Source: a virus (lineage: Duplodnaviria > Caudoviricetes). Taken from it: 50,229 nucleotides of DNA. This document shows positions 40,047 to 47,781 of the stretch, in pieces (position 1 is the first letter of the stretch; each line of letters begins with the position of its first letter). Below the pieces are notes generated by a model. The model had not been told where the DNA came from and did no database searches. It saw nothing but the letters and a program-made list of their open reading frames with translations. Location of the stretch: the IMG/VR virus record IMGVR_UViG_3300020414_000439, positions 1 through 50,229 of that record. One strand, given 5' to 3'. A program made the translations under genes and the position numbers.

Positions 40047-40188
40047 GACCTTGACCGCGATAACGCTTTTTAGCATTATTTCGACTGGTTGCAGCATATT
40101 TTGTATGCTGACCTCCACCTTGACGAGTCTTTTTCGGGGTGGTCTCGATCATATTGCCGCCAGAGAGCGACTTTTTCATTTTTGCCAT
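40042..40188 (-). CDS. Small basic hypothetical protein (48 aa, ...PKKTRQG...KKRYRGQGR; not in the ORF track)
   Basis: Hand translation; fills the gap after the PAAR gene; the ending YRGQG resembles a small ORF I recall from T4-like cyanophages. Confidence 0.8.
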   Translation of the reverse strand: MAKMKKSLSGGNMIETTPKKTRQGGGQHTKYAATSRNNAKKRYRGQGR

Positions 40189-40192
40189 AATT

Positions 40193-40741
40193 TTAAGCTC
40201 CTACAAATACGTTTGGACTGCTACCTGCAACTTTGGACAAACAACCATATGGTCCTGTTCCTGGTGTTACACCAAAAGGATCATTGAATCTACCCAATCT
40301 CCTTTTATTTACAAAGACTGTAGCAGTGGTAGCAACTAGTTTCCTAGGATGTCCTGCAGCAGTCTCTCGTGCCCCTCCAAGGTCTGTCAACCACCATGCT
40401 GGGGTAGACAATGTAGTTAGGCATTTATAACCTGTAGATGTCGTTACATGCAATGTGGGGGTTGGGTGTGGGGTCAATTCATCTTGGTCCACAATGGGCA
40501 CCTTTTTATTGATTAACACATTTGTCACTGCTGGACCAGCAGGCAATTGTGCAACTGGTGGCCAAAGTGTTACTGGTTCTTGAGCTGCTATGGGAACTTG
40601 TCCCATATCAGGTCTCATTGGGGTGTGTGGACATGGAGAAAGCATACCTCCAACATGTCCTGGGTGTGCAGTAGATCCCGAACCTTTTCCGTGACCACTA
40701 CAGGTCCCCATATATAACGCTGCTCCTAGTCCTGATGGCAT
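40193..40741 (-). CDS. PAAR-type spike tip protein (T4 gp5.4-like, extended; 182 aa)
   Basis: CSGHG; NVLIN..P...D..TPH; GH.......TVFVN...GRFND; C.SKVAGSSPNVFVG; located upstream of gp25. Confidence 0.8.
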   Translation of the reverse strand: MPSGLGAALYMGTCSGHGKGSGSTAHPGHVGGMLSPCPHTPMRPDMGQVPIAAQEPVTLWPPVAQLPAGPAVTNVLINKKVPIVDQDELTPHPTPTLHVTTSTGYKCLTTLSTPAWWLTDLGGARETAAGHPRKLVATTATVFVNKRRLGRFNDPFGVTPGTGPYGCLSKVAGSSPNVFVGA

Positions 40742-40743
40742 GA

Positions 40744-43269
40744 TTAATTAGCAAATCCTGGGTCGTATGGGTTTCCGTATGCTTTAGTAGCTTCCGATAC
40801 TCGGTCAATACTCCTAGTGAAATTATTGAAAATAGTAATTTCACCTTGTGCAGTCCATTCCTGACATCCTGGTCCTAATAACGGAGACATACTATAAACA
40901 TATGAAATAGTAGTCGTGTTTCCTTGATCATCAGTAGTAGTTTCGTCTGCTCTAGAAGATAATCCTGGTACACCGCATGTAAAATGCGATTTACCAATAT
41001 TAACAGGAGTACATGTTAAAGATACTTGAATTGACGTTTGACGGGTAGTATCTGGGCGATACTGCTTCATAAGATATTTAGTGTATTCAGACGCATATGG
41101 CAATTGTGTCAAACTTCCTTGTACAGTTTCAACTAAATTTTCTTGATACTGCTCTTTCCGTGGAATTACGTCTTGAATTAGTGCTTCAAACGTTGCATCG
41201 CGCCTAGGTTGGTCTGCTGCTTTCTCAGCACGATAGATATTTTTCATTTCTTCAGTGATAGGAGTCTGATTTAAGTGGTCTACGTTGTATTTTGACGTAT
41301 ATTCTTGTTTCAGAGGTTCAATATCCTCTCTCCTATACAATTCTTGTGCAAATTCTTGCTCTCGCTTGCGATTAATATCGGGTCTAACCTCATAACGAGG
41401 TATTCTTTCAGTTTCTTCGATTACTTTTTTGCGTGCATTGTACAATTCTTCAATTTCTTGAATGGCATCACTTGCAATTGGCGATTTTTCTACCCCATTT
41501 TCTACTGTATTGGGCAAAGTTGTTAAAAGATCCTTAAAATCTTGTAAAGTTTGCGTAGAATATCCCTCATGATCCTTTTCTGTTGGGATATCTCGGTAAA
41601 TATTCTCTACAAATAGTCTAGGACGATTGTTGACACCAGCATCTTCATCAAATCCACCATCATATCCCGCACCCGCATCAGTAATTTGCACTGCAGTGAG
41701 CACTCCATTACTAAAAGTACCCTTTACTTTAGCAGCAATTCCGTTTTCTGCCGCAGGTTGTGTAATATTTAACACAGGTTCCGTGCCAGTTTGATTCCAA
41801 CCACTACCACCATCGACAATATTGATGCCTGTAACCCGTCCATTGGTAATAATACCCTCTGCTACGGGTTGAATTGCGGTAGTTAGTGTGTCAATTGCTT
41901 CTTTATCAAGGTCAGCAGTGAGAAATTGTACGCTTTTTTCCAAAAATTCATACAAACCGATCAAACATGCGCGGTCTGGAATGCCATGTCCCGCAACAGC
42001 AGTAATTTGATGCTGTCTACTAGAGGTATATTGCGTGTCTTTTGTAAATGCACTACCAGATCCGTCCAAATATAAGATATGATAACTAAAATTTGAGTAA
42101 TCAGTGTGGAAAGTGCGTGTAATAGTATGACCATTGATGGTATCACCTGGTCTCAATAGGTTAAAACTAGTAGATCCTGAAGGAATTGTCAAGGGACCAA
42201 CGCTAGTAACCTTCACATTCATCGTTAAAGTCGATGTTGTCCCATCAGTATGAGTTACTGGATACGATAATGCAAAGGTATTATTGACACTATACCCTGT
42301 TCCACCAGCAACTAGTTCAGTTACTCTCCAATTAGTGCCCTGAAACACTGGTGTAGCACCTGATTCATCATATCTTGGTGTAATTTCTACCTTAATTCTA
42401 AATCCAGTGGCGGTTGGTTGATTCTCCATTGTAAAAACTTGGAAATCAAAGAAGGTTTCATCGCCTTGCACCCAAGGATTTTGAGGTGATTCAAATGTAG
42501 TATTACCTTCATTAGTGTCAAATACATCTGTATAGGTAACACCATCGTATGAAAACGAGAAATCTAGTACTGTATCTGGTACTGTAGTGGATAAAGCGTT
42601 ATAGCGGAATACAAGTTTATCAGAACTCGTCCCAATACCAAACAATGTAGGATGTGGGCAATCGGGGTCGCCCGTCAAATCAGGTGTTCCAGTATACTTT
42701 AGTTCTGTGGATGCCGCCGTGCAACTAAAATTGGTACATGGAATACATCTAGCACCAGCATCTGCAGCAACAGATGAACTACCAGGATCATAACCAGGTT
42801 GACCCTCTGTTCCACTGGAAGGAGTTGTTGTAGTTGTATTTCGGTCTTCATCTTCAATATAGAATGCTGCAATGCCTGAGTGCCCCGCCCCCTTGCCACC
42901 ACTGGTGTCATAGATGTATGCAAACCATCGCTCAGAGTCCTGTAGGTCGAACGACAATTCGTTGGGAACATAATCATAATACCGAGTGCCTGTTTGAAAG
43001 AACTCATCTGTGGATGCCTCGGAATATTTCCCACACATTGCAGGTGGATCGGAATGTGTACTAAAAGAACTTCGCGCAGGGTCAGGAATGAATGTACTAG
43101 GATACATTACATTATCAGCATTCCTATAACTGATCTGATAATTGCCACCAGATCGAATCGGATCCTCGGGATACTCCTCGAAAATTATACTGACACCATT
43201 GTTACCAGGTGTAGATTGTTCACATGGTGCATTACTATTATCATTATTACCTGAATGTCGGCAAGGCAT
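40744..43269 (-). CDS. Hypothetical, probably virion structural, protein (841 aa)
   Basis: Long ORF in the late cluster; contains the same Gly-rich beta repeats (GRVTGINIVDGGSGW, VQITDAGAGY); Cys-rich ends. Confidence 0.78.
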   Translation of the reverse strand: MPCRHSGNNDNSNAPCEQSTPGNNGVSIIFEEYPEDPIRSGGNYQISYRNADNVMYPSTFIPDPARSSFSTHSDPPAMCGKYSEASTDEFFQTGTRYYDYVPNELSFDLQDSERWFAYIYDTSGGKGAGHSGIAAFYIEDEDRNTTTTTPSSGTEGQPGYDPGSSSVAADAGARCIPCTNFSCTAASTELKYTGTPDLTGDPDCPHPTLFGIGTSSDKLVFRYNALSTTVPDTVLDFSFSYDGVTYTDVFDTNEGNTTFESPQNPWVQGDETFFDFQVFTMENQPTATGFRIKVEITPRYDESGATPVFQGTNWRVTELVAGGTGYSVNNTFALSYPVTHTDGTTSTLTMNVKVTSVGPLTIPSGSTSFNLLRPGDTINGHTITRTFHTDYSNFSYHILYLDGSGSAFTKDTQYTSSRQHQITAVAGHGIPDRACLIGLYEFLEKSVQFLTADLDKEAIDTLTTAIQPVAEGIITNGRVTGINIVDGGSGWNQTGTEPVLNITQPAAENGIAAKVKGTFSNGVLTAVQITDAGAGYDGGFDEDAGVNNRPRLFVENIYRDIPTEKDHEGYSTQTLQDFKDLLTTLPNTVENGVEKSPIASDAIQEIEELYNARKKVIEETERIPRYEVRPDINRKREQEFAQELYRREDIEPLKQEYTSKYNVDHLNQTPITEEMKNIYRAEKAADQPRRDATFEALIQDVIPRKEQYQENLVETVQGSLTQLPYASEYTKYLMKQYRPDTTRQTSIQVSLTCTPVNIGKSHFTCGVPGLSSRADETTTDDQGNTTTISYVYSMSPLLGPGCQEWTAQGEITIFNNFTRSIDRVSEATKAYGNPYDPGFAN

Positions 43270-43271
43270 TG

Positions 43272-43484
43272 TCAGTTACCCTCCAATGTACTGATACGAT
43301 TGTACAATTCATCGTAGTTCTCTTTCACATTCATGTACTTTGTATGCCCTTTTGGTTTGTAATACGTCTTATCAGGTGTTGGTAGTTCGGACACATACTT
43401 TTCAAGCGCCTCAACCCGTTCTATGAGTGCTAGAAGGACTTCATTGATCTGTACATGTTCTTCATGATTCTGGTCGTCATTCAT
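43272..43484 (-). CDS. Hypothetical protein (70 aa)
   Basis: Tightly packed ORF; coiled-coil-like LIERVEALEK; YKP.G...Y......D.LY.RI..LE. Confidence 0.75.
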   Translation of the reverse strand: MNDDQNHEEHVQINEVLLALIERVEALEKYVSELPTPDKTYYKPKGHTKYMNVKENYDELYNRISTLEGN

Positions 43485-43641
43485 TTTTTGCTCTTCTTAA
43501 AATAAAACTATCACCATCTACTTCATATTCCAAATCTTGATTGATGTCCCATCCCAGTTCTTCACACACTTCATAAGGAATTGTCATGATGAGATCTCCG
43601 AAATCATCTTCTTCTAGTTGTGTTGTGAATCTATGGGACAT
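43477..43641 (-). CDS. AbrB/MazE/SpoVT-like small protein (54 aa; not in the ORF track)
   Basis: Hand translation MSHRFTTQLEEDDFGDLIMTIPYEVCEELGWDINQDLEYEVDGDSFILRRAKNE fits the pattern G...hTIP.Eh.E.LG......L.h...GD.hhL; GAGGT Shine-Dalgarno very close to the ATG. Confidence 0.72.
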   Translation of the reverse strand: MSHRFTTQLEEDDFGDLIMTIPYEVCEELGWDINQDLEYEVDGDSFILRRAKNE

Positions 43642-43649
43642 ACCTCTAC

Positions 43650-43868
43650 CTACATGCGATTACTTATCTGGGGGTTATCTGTTGGATTCTTTGCTTTCCA
43701 CTCAACCCATAGTGTATATAGATCTTTCTGATCTTTAACTAACCCTGCACTGGTCGCATAGTCTGCACATTCATACATCCTAGGGTCTAGACCGCCCTCT
43801 AAACGAATTAACTGCTCTAACGCCCATACCCTCGCATCCTGTCTTTCAATTCGGGTCTTGGAGTCCAT
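43650..43868 (-). CDS. Hypothetical protein (72 aa)
   Basis: ORF with a GAGGT Shine-Dalgarno; first gene after the non-coding junction. Confidence 0.78.
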   Translation of the reverse strand: MDSKTRIERQDARVWALEQLIRLEGGLDPRMYECADYATSAGLVKDQKDLYTLWVEWKAKNPTDNPQISNRM

Positions 43869-44056
43869 TTTTTACCTCAGAAATTTTTTTATATACGCCG
43901 TTGACATTAACTCGAATAATATCTAAGGCGTCTGGGAACCTTTGTAGGTTAGGGTAGTGGCCGTTTTTAATATTTAACGGGGGCCAATTTACTGCCCTCA
44001 GTAACATTTAATGACTGCTCAGTTAGTGTTACATAGTGCCTCCGATTACCCTCTCA

Positions 44057-44260
44057 TTATACCTTACTTTGTGCATAGTTGTCAACACATTCCCAAGACC
44101 ATTTGATATGCTTGATATAATCGAAGCACGACATTCTCGGAGTATTTGGGAATGCATCTCCCATACTATTCCGAATGCCATCGATATACCTTTCCATGTC
44201 ATAGATGCTGTTGAAAGTACCTCTCAGGTTGTGCTGATTGTCGTAGATAAGATAATGCAT
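44057..44260 (-). CDS. Hypothetical early protein (67 aa, MHYLIYDNQ...)
   Basis: ORF immediately downstream of a consensus sigma70 promoter. Confidence 0.7.
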   Translation of the reverse strand: MHYLIYDNQHNLRGTFNSIYDMERYIDGIRNSMGDAFPNTPRMSCFDYIKHIKWSWECVDNYAQSKV

Positions 44261-44304
44261 AAGTCTCAAAGATACTAGGTGTGTTTCTGAACCCTTACAA
44301 GGTT

Positions 44305-44348
44305 ATTATAAAGGAAAGTGAGAAATAAGTCAAGGGGGTTTCTGACAT
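44305..44348 (-). promoter_or_regulatory. Sigma70-type early promoter TTGACT-N17-TATAAT with a degenerate upstream box
   Basis: -35 at 44328-44333 and -10 at 44305-44310; shares tcaagggggttt with the promoter at 46048. Confidence 0.8.
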
Positions 44349-44457
44349 TTATCTGCGTATTCTCACAGGGGTTGACAATCGATAGGAAACGTGCTAAGAG
44401 TACAACAAACGGAGACATTAATCGAGGAATAGAACACACTAATAGGTTTTTTAATAG

Positions 44458-44557
44458 TTTTCCACAATTTCCGCATATGTTGTGGAAAAGTGTTAATTAG
44501 TGTTGTGGCGGTTGTTGTTACGTTGTTTAGAGATATACTCTCTGAAAGTTTTCCACA
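44458..44557. promoter_or_regulatory. Cluster of three TTTTCCACA (DnaA-box) sites
   Basis: 44458-44466 (+), 44481-44489 (-) and 44549-44557 (+); all fit TTWTNCACA. Confidence 0.5.
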
Positions 44558-44574
44558 GGATGATAGTAATTTCC

Positions 44575-44808
44575 TTAGTTGTCAGTTTGATGTAATCGAG
44601 TTGTTCTCTGAATGTCGTCCCATCTTTGTCGGAAGATAAGAACATTGACTTGCGTTGTTGGTTGTCTGGCAGAGGCGGCACATTCTCGGGGTTTGTCATA
44701 CTCACAAATGCAGTAAGTTATATAATCGTTTGAAATAAAAGTAATATACCCCTCAACACCATCTAGAGAGATGTATTCATTTAGTTGAAAATCATCGGTT
44801 GTTATCAT
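44575..44808 (-). CDS. Hypothetical protein (77 aa, MITTDDFQL...)
   Basis: ATGA overlap with the upstream ORF; SH3-like beta pattern GYITFI..YIT. Confidence 0.7.
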   Translation of the reverse strand: MITTDDFQLNEYISLDGVEGYITFISNDYITYCICEYDKPRECAASARQPTTQVNVLIFRQRWDDIQRTTRLHQTDN

Positions 44809-44984
44809 ATAGTTAAAAACGGATGATTGTTGTCAAGAATGTCGGATGATGTAGCAAATTTAATTGTTCCTTGTGTGGGGTAATACTCTGCTAGGTGTTC
44901 ATCATAAATGGAGACATTTTGCTGGAGTTGGTTTTCATCCAGTTGTTGTAATTGTTCTAGTAGTTGTTGATAAGTCATGTTCAT
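44805..44984 (-). CDS. Hypothetical protein (~59 aa, MNMTYQQLLEQLQQL...HPFLTI)
   Basis: ORF track 44805..45038 trimmed to the likely internal start. Confidence 0.7.
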   Translation of the reverse strand: MNMTYQQLLEQLQQLDENQLQQNVSIYDEHLAEYYPTQGTIKFATSSDILDNNHPFLTI

Positions 44985-45028
44985 TTTACGATAATCGGAT
45001 GATTCTGACCATGGGAAGATAATCCAAC

Positions 45029-45163
45029 TCATTTGCAATAAGAGGGATCAATTTGACAAATTTTATCCATCTTTTGATCGTTAATCTCTTGCATTTTATT
45101 GATAGCAGAGAGACCAACATTAACGCCGATCAGGATAACAATAGCAGCAAGAGCGATACGCAT
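45029..45163 (-). CDS. Small membrane-anchored hypothetical protein (44 aa, MRIALAAIVILIG...CQIDPSYCK; not in the ORF track)
   Basis: Hand translation; N-terminal hydrophobic helix; fills the gap. Confidence 0.7.
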   Translation of the reverse strand: MRIALAAIVILIGVNVGLSAINKMQEINDQKMDKICQIDPSYCK

Positions 45164-45190
45164 GATGATAAAAAATAAGTGTGTAATTAA

Positions 45191-45514
45191 TTAGGCGAAA
45201 ATGTAACCATTCTCAAAATCTTTGGTTACATTGTTGTCACGAACGTACCACTGAAAGTCCTTTTGAAAAACACCATCAGTCACGCCATTACAGAAGCGAT
45301 CGATGATAGCATTAAGGCGTGATTTAGTTGTAGTTGTTTGCCAACCACCATCAAAGATCTCAAGGAAGTCTTCACCAAGGACGGCAATTTTGTTACCATG
45401 AAGACGAACAATAGAAGTATTATTTTCTTCGTTAAAATGAACAGAAGTGTTACCAGACTGCCAGTTCTTGCTGTTAGCGAGAGCAGTGTTCATTTGTTGT
45501 TCGATTTTACGCAT
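45191..45514 (-). CDS. Hypothetical early protein (107 aa, MRKIE... type)
   Basis: VRLHGNKIA, FDGGWQT.TTKSRLNA, GVFQKDFQWY; first gene after a boxed promoter. Confidence 0.85.
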   Translation of the reverse strand: MRKIEQQMNTALANSKNWQSGNTSVHFNEENNTSIVRLHGNKIAVLGEDFLEIFDGGWQTTTTKSRLNAIIDRFCNGVTDGVFQKDFQWYVRDNNVTKDFENGYIFA

Positions 45515-45570
45515 TTGAGATGATTGAGTGAATGTTTGGTGGGTTTGGTTTCCCTCCCCCTGATGTCTTT

Positions 45571-45628
45571 ATTATAGAGCATTTCGGGGGTCTGTATACC
45601 CCCTGTGTGCCACTTTATTAGGTGTCAC
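45571..45628 (-). promoter_or_regulatory. Early promoter with paired palindromic boxes
   Basis: -10 TATAAT at 45571-45576; GTGCCAC at 45607-45613; GTGTCAC at 45622-45628 (boxes given on + strand). Confidence 0.75.
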
Positions 45629-45804
45629 ATACCATTCATAAAATCATGAATTGCTTCGTTATATTCTTCTTCGGTCTGATATGTGCGACCGTGAATAGTA
45701 TAAGGAAACGTTTTCTTTTGGAACATTGTAGACGCGGTTTCGCAGTCTTTTCGATCATAACCCATCGAAACAAGGTTTTCAACGTAAGGATTCACAATAG
45801 TCAT
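45625..45804 (-). CDS. Hypothetical protein (59 aa, MTIVNPYVENLVSMGYDR...; not in the ORF track)
   Basis: Hand translation; the TGA stop lies inside a promoter box. Confidence 0.7.
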   Translation of the reverse strand: MTIVNPYVENLVSMGYDRKDCETASTMFQKKTFPYTIHGRTYQTEEEYNEAIHDFMNGM

Positions 45805-45834
45805 AATTTAGTGTTAGTTAAGAAAAAGGGCGAT

Positions 45835-46026
45835 TCAGTCAAAGAGGGCAGTTTTTTCCCACGCATCGTAGAACATATCCCATGCAGTGTTATTATCAAC
45901 AAAGGACGAAACTTCGGCATGTTCAGCAACATAATCATATGCCATATCGATGTCGGCATTTGTGTCAACAATGAACGCGGGAAGCGTTGCGATTGCGTCG
46001 ATGAACTTGGGAGAGGTGTGAATCAT
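45835..46026 (-). CDS. Hypothetical acidic protein (~63 aa, MIHTSPKF...)
   Basis: ORF directly after a boxed promoter; start trimmed from 46041 to lie downstream of the expected transcription start. Confidence 0.7.
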   Translation of the reverse strand: MIHTSPKFIDAIATLPAFIVDTNADIDMAYDYVAEHAEVSSFVDNNTAWDMFYDAWEKTALFD

Positions 46027-46047
46027 GTGTGTTTCTTTCATGCTCCT

Positions 46048-46106
46048 AATATGGCACAGATTTGGGCAAAAATCAAGGGGGTTTGTGCTACTTTGATTAG
46101 TGGCAC
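46048..46106 (-). promoter_or_regulatory. Early promoter with paired boxes
   Basis: TG-extended -10 CATATT at 46048-46053; -35 TTGATT at 46071-46076; GTGCTAC at 46085-46091; GTGGCAC at 46100-46106. Confidence 0.72.
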
Positions 46107-46119
46107 AAGGGGGGTTGAC

Positions 46120-46278
46120 TTACTGGGCAAGTTCCCACATATCATTAAAGTTTCGTAACCAGTTCACATGTTTCTGATCTAAATCGGTTAAATCTTGCTC
46201 ATCTGCTGAAACATATGGAAGACTATGTTTTGTGCAATAGTCTTCATAAACGTCAGTTAAAAAATCAATTTTGTCCAT
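46120..46278 (-). CDS. Hypothetical protein (52 aa, MDKIDFLTDVYEDYC...MWELAQ; not in the ORF track)
   Basis: Hand translation; the ATG abuts the upstream stop; GGAGG upstream. Confidence 0.7.
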   Translation of the reverse strand: MDKIDFLTDVYEDYCTKHSLPYVSADEQDLTDLDQKHVNWLRNFNDMWELAQ

Positions 46279-46497
46279 TTATACGCCCTCCCTGATATAA
46301 CCATTTTCTGACTTGATAAATGCATCGAGCATAGGAATGTTTAACTCAGGATCATCAAAGTCAATTTTTGCACATCCATCAACACCCCACTCTGCCAATT
46401 CTTGCACGAAATCTTTCCAATCAGAGCAGTAACATGCTACGTTTTGAAAGTTACCAACTTGGAGGATTCTGTTGATGATTGTTTGAGTTTTGGTCAT
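46279..46497 (-). CDS. Hypothetical protein (72 aa)
   Basis: First ORF after the boxed promoter at 46523. Confidence 0.75.
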   Translation of the reverse strand: MTKTQTIINRILQVGNFQNVACYCSDWKDFVQELAEWGVDGCAKIDFDDPELNIPMLDAFIKSENGYIREGV

Positions 46498-46522
46498 GGA
46501 TGTGATTTGTTTGTATACACTT

Positions 46523-46580
46523 ATTATAGTGTGATTTGTGGCACATTGTATTACTATTGTGCCACTTATTTAATTGTCAC
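46523..46580 (-). promoter_or_regulatory. Early promoter with paired boxes plus a third inverted box
   Basis: TATAAT at 46523-46528; GTGCCAC at 46559-46565; TTGTCAC at 46574-46580; extra GTGGCAC at 46538-46544. Confidence 0.75.
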
Positions 46581-46786
46581 TCTGATAACGGCGATTCTCT
46601 TTTTTGTATGTAATGATTACCATCGAGCACATCTTGAATATAATTGGAGGGACGTTCTTTCATCAATTCTTGAATCCTTTCCTCTTCTTCGGGCATAACT
46701 TCCCAAGTGCCAAACTTTTCAGGTGAGTTCCAAAAATCCTCCCAATCTTTAGGGGAGTCAGTTACATCTTTGATATTTTCGTTCAT
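46577..46786 (-). CDS. Hypothetical acidic protein (69 aa, MNENIKDVTDSPKDWEDFW...)
   Basis: AGGAG Shine-Dalgarno; ATGA overlap; stop inside a promoter box. Confidence 0.7.
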   Translation of the reverse strand: MNENIKDVTDSPKDWEDFWNSPEKFGTWEVMPEEEERIQELMKERPSNYIQDVLDGNHYIQKRESPLSE

Positions 46787-46956
46787 TTGTTGTCTCCTTG
46801 TGTTTGTTGCATTGTGATACCACGCGCCGCAAATGCATCGGATACGATACCACATAGCGCAGTGACTTCAAATTCAGTCATGTCCCAAAGTTCACCAACA
46901 AGTTCAATTTGTTCTTGAATATCGTTGCTGATTTGTAATGCTTCAAAGTTGTTCAT
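46783..46956 (-). CDS. Hypothetical protein (57 aa, MNNFEALQISNDIQEQ...; not in the ORF track)
   Basis: Hand translation; ATGA overlaps at both ends. Confidence 0.72.
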   Translation of the reverse strand: MNNFEALQISNDIQEQIELVGELWDMTEFEVTALCGIVSDAFAARGITMQQTQGDNK

Positions 46957-47147
46957 TTTAATGCTTCAACCTCGTAACGGATTTGATTGGGGTATGTTTT
47001 TTGTGCCCATTTTAGCACTCGATTGTTTTGTGCTTTGATGCCCTTATGTGATGTTGGTTTGGTAGGCATTGTGCGGGTAACTTGCATCATGGTGAACTCA
47101 TCATAGAGTCGCACGAGATAAGTTTGTGTAGTAGTTTTCATTGTCAT
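46953..47147 (-). CDS. Hypothetical basic protein (~64 aa)
   Basis: ORF track entry; GGAGG upstream; start overlaps the upstream stop. Confidence 0.72.
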   Translation of the reverse strand: MTMKTTTQTYLVRLYDEFTMMQVTRTMPTKPTSHKGIKAQNNRVLKWAQKTYPNQIRYEVEALK

Positions 47148-47311
47148 CAACCTCCAAACATTTGGTCAAAAAGTTCTTGTGAATCTCGCTCTAATTCTTC
47201 GCGATGTTCTTGCATCCAACGCTCTTCATCAATCATCCGTTTGATAGCAAGTTCACGGGGAAGATTGTCAGTTCTGATGATGTTGCCGTTAGGAAGTTTG
47301 TGTTGAAACAT
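47147..47311 (-). CDS. Hypothetical protein (54 aa, MFQHKLPNGNII...FDQMFGG; not in the ORF track)
   Basis: Hand translation; fills the gap exactly. Confidence 0.7.
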   Translation of the reverse strand: MFQHKLPNGNIIRTDNLPRELAIKRMIDEERWMQEHREELERDSQELFDQMFGG

Positions 47312-47316
47312 GATTA

Positions 47317-47472
47317 TCAGTTGAAAAAGTTGTTAACGCGATCGTTGAAAGATTTGGGTTCAGGACGTACAAATTCTTCCGCACTTTCAAAACCATCAGC
47401 AATAAAAGTGCGGGCATCATCATTAGTCCAAACTAATGCAGCAATGAGAATGAGAGCGATTGTCTTGAACAT
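47317..47472 (-). CDS. Small membrane-anchored hypothetical protein (51 aa, MFKTIALILIAALVWTNDDAR...)
   Basis: Start trimmed to the ATG downstream of the promoter; N-terminal hydrophobic stretch. Confidence 0.72.
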   Translation of the reverse strand: MFKTIALILIAALVWTNDDARTFIADGFESAEEFVRPEPKSFNDRVNNFFN

Positions 47473-47501
47473 TGTGTGAGGTGTGTTCCTTTGACTCTTA
47501 T

Positions 47502-47559
47502 AGAATACACGAAAACGGCGACCGATCAACCGATGGTGTGCCACTAACTATTCTGGCAC
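47502..47559 (-). promoter_or_regulatory. Early promoter with paired boxes
   Basis: -10 TATTCT at 47502-47507; TTGATC at 47524-47529; GTGCCAC at 47538-47544; CTGGCAC at 47553-47559. Confidence 0.72.
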
Positions 47560-47781
47560 ATCCAACCCCTCATGAATATCCTCGACGGCATACTCTATAT
47601 CATCGACGCCAAATTCTTCCATGTAGTAATCCAAACTAACACCGAGTTTCTTACATTTTTTGATCAATTTTTTGTACTCTTTTCTATTAGCGACCTGCAA
47701 CACATGCAAATCAGTTTCAATCTCAATAAAATTGGGTTGTTCGAGTTGAATGATGCCGTATTTAGGGAAAGAAGTGTTCAT
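47548..47781 (-). CDS. Hypothetical protein (77 aa)
   Basis: ORF with ...C.KLGVSLDYYMEEF; the stop falls between the two promoter boxes. Confidence 0.72.
   Translation of the reverse strand: MNTSFPKYGIIQLEQPNFIEIETDLHVLQVANRKEYKKLIKKCKKLGVSLDYYMEEFGVDDIEYAVEDIHEGLDVPE

Noticed and set aside
263-43254. Numerous 60-250-aa ORFs on the plus strand or in alternative minus frames overlapping the large genes
   Set aside because: They are shadows of the strong codon bias of the real genes, with Ser/Thr/Cys/Ile- or Leu-rich nonsense composition and no recognisable motifs.
43946-43956. GGTTAGGG, resembling a telomere repeat or telomerase template
   Set aside because: It is a single copy, expected by chance, and partly explained by the hairpin arm.
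44458-44489. Inverted repeat read as an intrinsic terminator
   Set aside because: The stem is AT-rich with a 12-nt loop and no good U-tract follows on either strand. A third unpaired copy of the same 9-mer nearby favours a protein-binding site.
44493-44705. 70-aa minus-strand ORF from the track
   Set aside because: It overlaps the better-supported 44575..44808 ORF by 131 nt in another frame. A shorter ORF in its 3' part cannot be fully excluded.
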